The position numbers and the translations under genes were made by a program. A DNA stretch of 58,553 nt, the filler included, from Sphacelaria rigidula (lineage: Eukaryota), in the NCBI GenBank assembly GCA_964200075.2. It is 7 parts of 7 records of this genome, joined end to end, with 100 filler letters (N's around TTAATTAATTAA, not from the genome) between each part and the next. Parts side by side here need not be neighbours in the genome. Positions count along the whole stretch, not along the records: positions 41,898 to 50,175 come from CAXNAA020011671.1; positions 50,276 to 58,553 come from CAXNAA020011672.1; 5 more parts are not named here. One strand, written 5' to 3'. Under the pieces are notes generated by a model, which did not search any database, was not told where the DNA came from, and was given only the letters and a program-made list of their open reading frames with translations. Below, piece by piece: positions 49,052 to 58,553 of this stretch (its first letter is position 1; the number at the start of each line of letters is the position of its first letter).

Positions 49052-51160
49052 GTGAGAGTCACAGCCTATAGTATCTAATGCGTAGGGTGGCCAAAGTGGC
49101 ATGACCGCACTGTGCTGGGACCCCGCACTATAGTTGTGACGAGCAATCACATGATATTATCATCAGGGTTCGCACCACTTGTACAAGTAACTTTGACCGC
49201 AATATGACGGGATCCCGGACTTCACAATGCCGCACTGTGGCTATCCCCCCATTGCACCTACGACGTCAGCACACGAGAGTGCATGGTATCCTTGGGTTTC
49301 GGCCGTTACATGCTCACTGTATGATATTTAGCACCTTCTCAGGAGTCTAATCAACGAGTCTGTTTGTTTTTTGTTTTCCCGACATCTCCAAATTTCATGT
49401 TCGCTCTTTTATCTCCGAAAAATGTGAGAGTATATTTTTGAGAAATGTACAAAAAAGAGTACACCCTGGTACTTCTGGAACATAAAAGGGTAACGCACTT
49501 TTCGCTATGGGGCGCGGCGCTGCACGCGGGATAAACGCCTGGAAAACACTTTCCAGCACCTCGCCACGCCCAAGTGGTCTGGGCAGCATACCCGTCCATT
49601 TTTTCCATTGCCACAAGTGTTACGGGGCTGTACTACGGCACCGAAAATGAGAGCCTGTGAGAGTACCCTTTTTGAAAAACAACCAGGAGGGTACACCCTG
49701 CCCTCTGCTACAAAATTATTTCTTACCCTTTTTCGTGAAGTGGTGACCGTACCGCCGTCTAAGCACAAGATACGCCGAGCAGTCACAACCATAGCTATTT
49801 TTGGTAAAATTACACCCCACCTAAAAAGGCCGGATCTCGACGACCAGAAGAGTGTAACCCTCCTGTTGGTTGGCCCAAAGAACCTGAAGATCCAGCGATG
49901 CACACAGATCGCTTGTGTGCCGGAGCTCGCAAAGATCCAACGAGCACGAGTGAACATCTTGCCGACACACCAGCCCGGACGGCATCATGCGGCGACAACA
50001 TTAGGCCGTTGCTGCATCTACAATTTGCGGCTCTGACACAGAGATGGGCACCGACCAGATTCTGAATTGGGGGAAGAACTCCTGAATCCAGCGGGGTAGA
50101 CTGTACAATCGGGTGTCTTCCTCTGATCGTTGCAGTTGCACCCACGAGACCACCACTCGGAATACTCAAAGCTATNNNNNNNNNNNNNNNNNNNNNNNNN
50201 NNNNNNNNNNNNNNNNNNNTTAATTAATTAANNNNNNNNNNNNNNNNNNNNNNNNNNNNNNNNNNNNNNNNNNNNTGCTTTCCCGGGGGCTGGACGCGTA
50301 CCCGCGTCGGCTTCGCCCGGGGTGGGGGGGGGGGGGGGGGTATGAAAACAGGTCAACTCACCCAACTGGTTGTCCCGTGTGCGTCACAGCACTCCTGTAC
50401 TCAGAAGTGGGTCGCGGAGACCTTCATACTGCCTTGCGGTCTTGGATTATATGTAATATATTTCTATAATGTGAAAGATGGGAGAGGGGGGACCATCCCT
50501 CGATGTATACACTACACTATGCTGATTGCCTCGAACCAGTCGCTTTCTTTCGTTTCCCATGAAAGCAAATATACCTGTTACTCTGCTGCCTGTACAGAGC
50601 TGTGATAAAGCTCTTCACGAAAATATTATGTCCTACTGCGAACATGAGATAAAAAAAACGCCCTGTTGCCGTTTCAGGGCTCTGGGGCCGGCCGAAGCCG
50701 TGATATCTCGGTGTCCCTAATGCGAGAGTATACGTGCGTACCGGGTATGATCGGAGCGGGGCAAACAACGGATGGTGTTCCCAGAATGCAGGTGTCTCAC
50801 TGAATCCATACATATATATGTTTCTCGCTTCGGCTCTTAACCCTGATCCGCGATCCCAGGAATTCGCGTTGCCAATAGAGTATCCTGAAATCGGCTCCGA
50901 ATTAACTGGTGCAGCAGACACTTGCTCACGGTAACATGAGCCATCGCATGCGAATCTTGAGAGGACACGTGTGTCCCGAGCGACCTAAGCGATTCGGTTT
51001 GAACCGACTCCAATTTGAGCCGAAAACACGGCACAATGTGTGTGTGGGGCACCTTCTACGTCCCCTTTGCCCAAGGGCCTTATCTACTCTGATTTTGGCT
51101 TGACTCCTTCTGCGCCTTGACCCGAGCATATATCCCCGAGCACGAACAGTAAGATGTTCG

Positions 51161-51481
51161 TGAGACTAGGAACGGATTTTTTTTCGGAACGGAATGTTTT
51201 TCGTGATTGGTCAGTGCAGAGTTACGACGGGAAATGTGTGCAAAAAAGGAGGAGAAAAGTGATGCACATTTTCGGCCGTATCTCGTGGAAGATGTCACCG
51301 ATTTCGGATCGGATGACGCCAAAATTCCAGCCAGATCACGGGCTTTTCAGGAGGGTGACGGCCGTTTCGGATGATGCGATCGTCTTGGTGTAAATGGCGA
51401 AAAACCTTCCGTTCCGCGACCGTATTGGGTGTAAATCACGGAAACCTTTACGTTCCGAAAAAAAAACCGTTTCTAATCTCA
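51161..51481. mobile_element. MITE-like element
   Basis: tgagactaggaacggattttttttcggaacg / cgttccgaaaaaaaaaccgtttctaatctca inverted termini. Confidence 0.65.
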
Positions 51482-51543
51482 CCAGCACGTTGCATACGGC
51501 CTCATCCACCGATGATTGTTTTCGATTCTACAACAAACATCAG

Positions 51544-51738
51544 ACACTTGCTCCGATGGGACTGTCGGTCTGGAGGCAAATGGAACTTGTTGCGAGCTAA
51601 GATGTGGGACGTGCGGAGGTGACGATTGTAGCGAAAACGCTGAGATGGCCGGCATGAGTTCGAGCAGATGCTGCACAGAACTGATATACCAGTTAGACGA
51701 CTACTGCGCTGATACCAATAAGGCACCGTGCATCCTGG
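51544..51738 (+). CDS. Exon encoding a Cys-rich extracellular module of a brown-algal-type secreted/surface protein
   Basis: catcag|...G|gtgagt, 195 nt, phase 1/1. Translates TCSDGTVGLEANGTCCELRCGTCGGDDCSENAEMAGMSSSRCCTELIYQLDDYCADTNKAPCIL, with a 10-Cys pattern C..CC..C..CGG..C..CC..C..APC that I recall from Ectocarpus and phaeovirus-related proteins. Confidence 0.82.
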
Positions 51739-52054
51739 GTGAGTTCCGACCGACGACGGAGTAGCATGGTAGTACTGTGGTTAACGAATGTCTTGTGGTC
51801 AAGTACAGGACGGCACGGGGGCTCAGTGTTGATACCATGCAGCAGGATTGCGGTACCCTCATCATGAAGGCAACACGGAGTTGACACAGCAGTACTAAAC
51901 CGTCCGTTTACCATGACTGTTTCATGAAACTGCGCATTGATGTATATTGTGGATTTCTAGTAGGGGTGGTCTCAGAGCACCGTTTCGGAGTGCACCATTC
52001 CATAAACGGTATCAGTGTTACAGTGAATGATTTTTTGGGCCTTTCACGGGAGTG

Positions 52055-52472
52055 CAATGTCACGGCACACTCGTGAGGACGCGACGGACCCTCCTATCCC
52101 GTTCCAAGATGTTTCGAGCGTCCCGTCCAGCGTCGTCCCGTCACGTGCTTTTTTTGTGGCAATGAGATAAGTACGTATCCCGTCCATTACTTCCCCGGCA
52201 AACGGCGAGCATGACGATGTGTGCGAACAGCGTGTAGCCACCTTTCTATACGAAAACGTGTGTCAATGTCACGGCACACTCGTGAGGACGCGACGGGCCC
52301 TCCTATCCCGTTCCAAGATGTTTCGAGCGTCCCGTCCAGCGTCGTCCCGTCACATGCTTTTTTTGTGGCAATGAGATAAGTACGTATCCCGTCCATTACT
52401 TCCCCGGCAAACGGCGAGCATGACGATGTGTGCGAACAGCGTGTAGCCACCTTTCTATACGAAAACGTGTGT
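52055..52472. repeat. Tandem duplication, 209 bp x2
   Basis: 52055-52263 versus 52264-52472, with two substitutions seen. The unit is related to a dispersed repeat at ~54772-54957. Confidence 0.93.
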
Positions 52473-52757
52473 CGGCACCAGTTTTCGCTAGATTTTTGCG
52501 GAAGCGATTACCGCAACCTCATTTCTTGACGCACACATGCCAAGAGACGCATGTCTGCGTGGTTTTGCAAGTCGTGGTTCATGATTTTTTCGCCGCATGT
52601 CACACGCGCATGGTTTTATGTCACTTCTTTAATTCAACCCGTGCGTGTTTCAATATCGCTTTTTCTTTCGATCCTCCTCACTTTTTTTGTGCCCGATTCC
52701 CTGCCCCGTCCCCGTCGCCGCGTATTTCTTCACATTTCCGGCGAATTCGACAAACAG

Positions 52758-52832
52758 AGACTACCCCCTCTCCGACTTCTGTGTTAACGTCAACGCCGAC
52801 GTCACTCTTTACGTCAACGCCGACGTCCCTCT
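52758..52832 (+). CDS. Ser/Thr/Pro-rich linker exon, same gene as 51544-51738
   Basis: caaacag|AG...T|gtgagt, 75 nt, phase 1/1. Translates (E)TTPSPTSVLTSTPTSLFTSTPTSL with an internal 7-aa repeat. Confidence 0.75.
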
Positions 52833-53891
52833 GTGAGTTATGATTTTTGGCGTGTTATTTGCACCTCATTGGCTTTTCCACGAAAAGTTTACGGGCGAGG
52901 AATATGTCTCTCACATTTAGAGGTATCTTCGTTTGAGCGTCAACAGCGGTCACCCGAAGATCAGGATATACTGTTCTAAAAGACGTAAACGGCCTGACCT
53001 GTGTACCTAGCTCTCCTCCGCTGCGGGAAGTTTTGAGCACTTAAGTACTACTTCGTTGACATCCTCTGATATCAGCTTGGTCAACTGCGCGTGGTTCTCG
53101 GTATCACGGTTTTAAAAATCCCCCAAACTGCATTTTGACCTCACCTTCAAACACGCCATATTGAGACAAACTATGTTTCAATTCCAACACCGTAGGTTTT
53201 CGTCGTGAAAGATCCAGTGCCGTAGGTTAATGCAAGTGGACTGATGAAAGAAAATCTCGGCAGTCATGGTTTTAATTTTTTTCGGCACCGTAATTTGCAG
53301 AATTGAGTAGAGCCAACACTTTCGACGATACCCTTCCCCAAAACAAAAAGTGTCTTGTTTGGTGAGGCAAAATCTTCGAGTTAATTGAAATGGGAAAAGC
53401 CGAGCACAACGAGCAGCTGGGAATTCCCACGCTTGGGTTCGTTCTCGCCAATGTCGCCCACATGAGGTGCTTCATGCAGCCTGAACCCAAATATCAGGCG
53501 CTGTATGGCCATTTTTTTCGTGACACTGTTGGGCTGGGTCTTTTTCGGGGGGGGGTATCGCAGAAAGTGTCGTCCATCTGTTGGTCACGTCAAAACGGCA
53601 CAACACCAGAAGAAGAAATATTCCCGATCCGGAAAGAAAAAAAACGATGGGACCCTACGATGATCTGGACCATGGCATGTTGCACTCATTCGTACAACCT
53701 ACATGCCACAAATGTGTGAGCGTACAGGGCTCGTGAAGTTTCGCGCACTAAACTCTTCAACGGCGCCACAGTGATTGCCGGCAGCTCAAGTCCTCATGAC
53801 AATCGCACGGTCTCACCGAAACAAACTTCCACGTGCCACTGTACTTGGCGGAGCGATCATCACACGCGTTCGAGGCATGTGATGCCGACAA

Positions 53892-54116
53892 TTACGAGTA
53901 TTGTTTGGTAACATCTTGGCCTTTTCTGCGGCATGACAAGATTCTCTTGAGATTGAGAATGTAGCTCACGATTGTTGCTGAAAAACTGACGAGTACAACG
54001 GGAACGACCCACTGTATTGAACCAAGGATAATGAGGAAGGGAATGAGCACATCAACCATCGAAATAGTTGACTCATCAATGCGCCGCTGTGCGTTCGTTG
54101 GATAGGTAATGCTGAC
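53892..54116 (-). CDS. Putative terminal exon of a membrane protein
   Basis: Strong polypyrimidine tract then ctacag|. Translates VSITYPTNAQRRIDESTISMVDVLIPFLIILGSIQWVVPVVLVSFSATIVSYILNLKRILSCRRKGQDVTKQYS*: a long hydrophobic stretch followed by basic residues. No family recognised. Confidence 0.45.
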   Translation of the reverse strand, partial: VSITYPTNAQRRIDESTISMVDVLIPFLIILGSIQWVVPVVLVSFSATIVSYILNLKRILSCRRKGQDVTKQYS

Positions 54117-57100
54117 CTGTAGTGTGGGAACCACCACATAGAAACGAAAAATGAGAAAAAGGGGGGGAACCAGACAACTCGTAGGTGACTTTAAAGCACA
54201 ATTTACATACTCACGGGTCAGTCTTCTGTGCTTACTGGCTTGCATGAACACGTGAAAACTATCATGGGATATTCAGACAACATATGTATCTCTATAGATG
54301 GCGAATTAGGTGAAAGCGAGGGTTTCAATCGTTTCCCCGTGCCCCCAGGAAAGCCAACACCAAAAATCCGTGCGGATCACGACCCAATTCGTTTGCGTCG
54401 ATGAGATGTTCCTGTGACAGTGAAGTCCGTTTCTAGGCTGACCCAGCGCGAAAATAGTACACTATGGTACCATGCCACGTAGCGCTGTGGTGGATGCATT
54501 ATTCATGGTGAGTTCATGAGGGAGGGCGTGAGGGCCCGCTGTGTTTACCACGTACCGGGATCACGGTGGCATCATCATATAGGCTACGCGGAACTGATAC
54601 GATACACGATACACGATACACGATATAACCAGAGGGGCGTTTCACCACGATGAATTCACCGGATTGCATGGTGATGAGTTCCGTGGACCTCTACTAATTG
54701 TGCTCTGAGGGTACGTTTTCTCGTGCATGATTTGAGTACAACGTGGCACATGAGGAGTAGTAGGTACTGGAGATTTTTCTAGGCCTTTCACGGGACGGGA
54801 ATGACACGGGATGCTCGTCAGAACGGGACGGGATGATCCATCCCGCCCTATCCGGACGACTATTCATAACTATTACATTAATTATCGTCCCGATATGTTT
54901 CCAAGCGTCCCGTACCGTCGTTTCTGTGGCAACGGGGAAAGTATACCCGTTCCGTCTTCTATGCAAAGGTTACATTTCTGATACATGCATGCATGTGGAT
55001 GGCAATAGCCTTTTGCCAGGTAGAAGATGTTTCTCACCGAAAACAAGTATTTATTTTTCGTCCGAACCACCGGCAACAAGGAGAGATAGAAATGAAGAAG
55101 CACCTACCGGCGCATGGGTAATTGTACCCATCGCTTATGAACACGCTCAATAGCGAGGCCTAACCAATTGTGTGACGTCCAACGGGAGCTCATGGGCATT
55201 CCCCCGAATTGGACTATCGTTTGCTCCGTGCAGATTAATATATGGATCGGATCTACGCTGCTTCACGGTCACGAGCGCGCGGCTGATGGCGGTGTCACCT
55301 CTGCAACCCGTCTATTCTCAGTGTCCACCTGTACATCGGGATACGGGGATACGAAAATCCCGAATTAAATTTCATGCACAGAATGTAGAAGGTACGCAAC
55401 CTGAAAATCACTGGCTTTCCCTGGTGTTCCGAGTAGCCGAGCTATGATGCGAGGTGCGTGTTCAAAGGTCGGGAGCGAGGTTCGCGTCCGAGTCTTGTGA
55501 AGAAATTCGGGCAGGAAGGGGAGAGCAATAGATGCAGGCCTTTGGGTCCAGCCATGTGAATCAAGCCGGTTGTGTTTTTGGTTTGTTACAGAGAAGGTGT
55601 CGTCTGCTATTCCTCTTCGCGCCTCTTCCGGTAAATGTGAGGCAGTAGCTTGGAAGGTACAGAAGAAATCAGTAGGATATATCTTGTAGCGGAGTCTGCT
55701 TGCCGACAACGACTAATTTGGGTCTTGCTTGAGGAGACCACGCGCACTGTTTGGGAACACAGTGATGTTTGCCGATATTGGAGTCTCAAATGGTCCATTT
55801 TGGGCGTTCACCCTGAACCAGCCTGTATGTCGGATCTGATTTGTTTTCAACCCACCCCGACCAGGTCGGGCGGGGAGGGGGCATTTTTCTCTTCTGTTTC
55901 TTGAAATCTCTCTCTCTTATTGTTTTGTTGTCTAGATTGCTTTGTTTTCGGAGTCTGAGAAGAAGCCGCTCAACGAGCGCTTCAATCTCTTGTAAGGAAT
56001 AGTAGTGGCAGTACTGGAGAGGCGGACCCGCGTCTGTACCCACGGGTTCGAGAAATCGGGCTGATGGGCTGAAATAATAATATTGTAATAATTATGAGGG
56101 CGTTTTGTATGCGGAGCGATCTTGGTGCATATATCTGCGAATGTCGCCATGTGCAGCTCACTTGTCGAGTTGGGACCCGCCATTGTCGTAAGTGAATTTG
56201 TTCAGGTAGTCGTCGACACACTCCGACCGATCCCAGTTGCGTCCACTTTTTCCATTGAGATGCAACCAAGCCAATTGGACGAGATATCACCAACCCGTGG
56301 GTCGTATTTCGCCGAAGAAAAAAAGGGGGGGGGGGGGGGGGCGAAATGTGTCCGTGAATACCTTGTAAATAGTTCGACTTGTCAGGCTATCAGGTCCTCG
56401 CGGGAAAAAGAAAACCCAGAGTGTGCTGGGCGATATTGGCGCGTCCCGCCGGCTGCTGGCAGGTCAAGCTTGTTGTTTTACCTTCGTATGCGGTTCCTTG
56501 CGGCCCTAGCGCCTCATGAAAGGGCACCTGTTATCGATGCGAACGCCGAACCCATTGACGACAAAACGATATGTCATGGGGGAGAAAGAAATCTCTCCAT
56601 TCACCTATCCCCACCATCCGCGCTGTGGGAGTGCACTGCTTGACTACTACTACTATTTCTATCACTTCTCCCGTTCATGGTTTGCGCGCCCCCGGTCGGG
56701 GCTTTGCGGGGGAGCATCCGGACCAAGCAAACCCTTTCGCCAGATCCAGATCCAATTGACAGTGTGATTTGGTTTAGGCAACAAATAGAGAATCACATGA
56801 AATTATTCGCTAGAGTATTCGAGCTTTTGGTTTTGATTTCATGTAAGGGTTGTAGTTTGACCCTTTCTTGGGTTGTTTTTTTTGTGGAGTTTTGCGGGAC
56901 TGCACTGCACAACCGTGTGGATCGTACCGCACACCGTGTGCTACAGTACTTGAGATCGATTTTGCTTTCGGTGACTTCGCTTCCTTGATTTCGCCGATAT
57001 GTTACCGTAATTTGATTTTTTCCATGCCTGACGTTAGGTTTTGGCATGATTGCATTACTGACCAAATACTGTGGTCACGGAGAGAACCATCGGGAAGGGA

Positions 57101-57939
57101 TTTGATATCACGAACTTCTTCGGATTATATGAAGAAGAATTGATACTTCGAAGTATATCATTACCTACAGCGGATTTTATTGAACAGTTTGATTCGCCGA
57201 TCTTTGGGTTTTGGATTCGACGTTTTTGTAAGATTACGAGTAATTTTCAAGTCATGACATTGTTGTATGTACTTGAAAGTAATAATACCCCCTGCAAACG
57301 AAGAAGTAATATTGGGTCAGGGAGGCGAGTGATGTAGGAGGTACTGTATTTTAGACAGGTCTGGCCTTTCATATTGTCGACAACCTTTCTTGAGTTCTAC
57401 CGAATTCATGTCATGAGCGTCGAGTAAATTCCTCTGAACATTAGTATATCAAGGTATTTTTGTTTCTGGAGTGAATAAACTCAAGCAGAGTTCGAAATCT
57501 CCGCTTGCAATATGGTTTTGATTATAAATCAAGCAGATCTGAAGAGATTGAAAATCCATATTGGAGGCTTGTTTTTTCTGGTCGGATCGAGGTGATCTTG
57601 GATTATCATGTATGTTGATGTTGAAGGAACCACGACCTAGCCGTGAGCAGCAGGGGGTGGAAAAATTTTGTCTGCGTGATGATAACGTTTCTGGGCCCAG
57701 CCGCGGGCAGGGGAGCTGATTGGGTATGCCTGCATTCGGTGCTGTGTTTGTGATGTACGGTACATGAGATATGGTACATTTCACATCAGACAAAGGCGTT
57801 ACAGAATTGCGGGTGATCACGAGCTTTGCTTAGTCAGATGGTTGAAGTGTATCGCGTGTACGATATTTCCCAGTGAAGGAAGTAGCTAGTACTACACCAC
57901 TCATTTTTTCTGGTGTCGGAAGTTTTATACCCAAGTGAA

Positions 57940-58118
57940 TGTTACGCGTCGAGTGGCGTGAATACTATGGGTTGAGTGGCGTGCATGTCACGTATCGATT
58001 GGGGTGCATGATACGTGTCGAGTGGCGTGCATGTCACGTGTCGGGTGGGGTGCATGTTCCGTGTCGAGTGGCGTGTATGTTATGTGTCGAATGGCGTGTA
58101 TGTTACGTGTCGAGTGGC
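57940..58118. repeat. Minisatellite, 23-bp unit, ~8 copies
   Basis: Consensus GTCGAGTGGCGTGCATGTTACGT. Confidence 0.85.
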
Positions 58119-58553
58119 CTGACAGGAACACGTGGTCATGTGTTGACAGCGGATCCTTATTTTTGGGGTTGATCTCTAGATATGGTTCAAGTGGCATATT
58201 GTTTTGCAGGAAAGACGCGAAACAGTTACACGGAGTGAAACCATATTTCCGCCCAAATGTCTGCAGCAGTTGAGCAGTTGTGGCTACGTGCACCGAACGA
58301 ATGCGGTGTACACGCGTGCCGATGACGCTATCACCACAGAGAAAAGCAACGGCAGGGAGGCAGCTCCTCGCCCGTGTCCTTTGTGTGTCCTCGCTCAACG
58401 ATTACCGATCACTCGAGAGACTGGCATCGTGCATGTTACCAGCATGTGCCGGTAGGCAGGTTATATTGCTGGAGAGTCGTCCTACGATAGGGGTGTGTGC
58501 TTATGATCATGCATGCCATAGTCATCAGACCATTGACCTCGCATCCCTACAAA

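Noticed and set aside
50914-50930. Second Cys-rich module exon starting cagacacttgctc
   Set aside because: Similarity to 51541 ends after 13 nt and the Cys pattern does not continue.

Overview
This is eukaryotic, repeat-rich DNA. Its long GT-AG introns, gene content and repeats point to a brown alga (Phaeophyceae; inferred). It is not one locus: seven contigs of 8280, 8280, 8279, 8279, 8279, 8278 and 8278 bp are joined in descending size by 100-nt N spacers containing TTAATTAATTAA, so no neighbourhood inference holds across gaps. Genes are partial and spliced, and the ORF track misses most of them. They comprise the last three exons of an ABCB/MDR transporter, four exons of a galactose-3-O-sulfotransferase-like gene, a Myb/SANT exon, a Cys-rich module exon followed by a Ser/Thr/Pro linker exon, and a likely transmembrane terminal exon. 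Mobile DNA comprises a complete but decayed chromodomain-bearing Ty3/Gypsy element (250-bp LTRs, AGAC TSD), decayed RTE-like LINEs, a tRNA-derived SINE, and many MITEs and palindromes. The most interesting signal is two non-LTR retroelement families that share a two-hairpin 3' end, finish at C-rich tracts, and insert with TSDs into C-rich tracts, including each other's tails. I found no CRISPR array, rRNA or intact tRNA.
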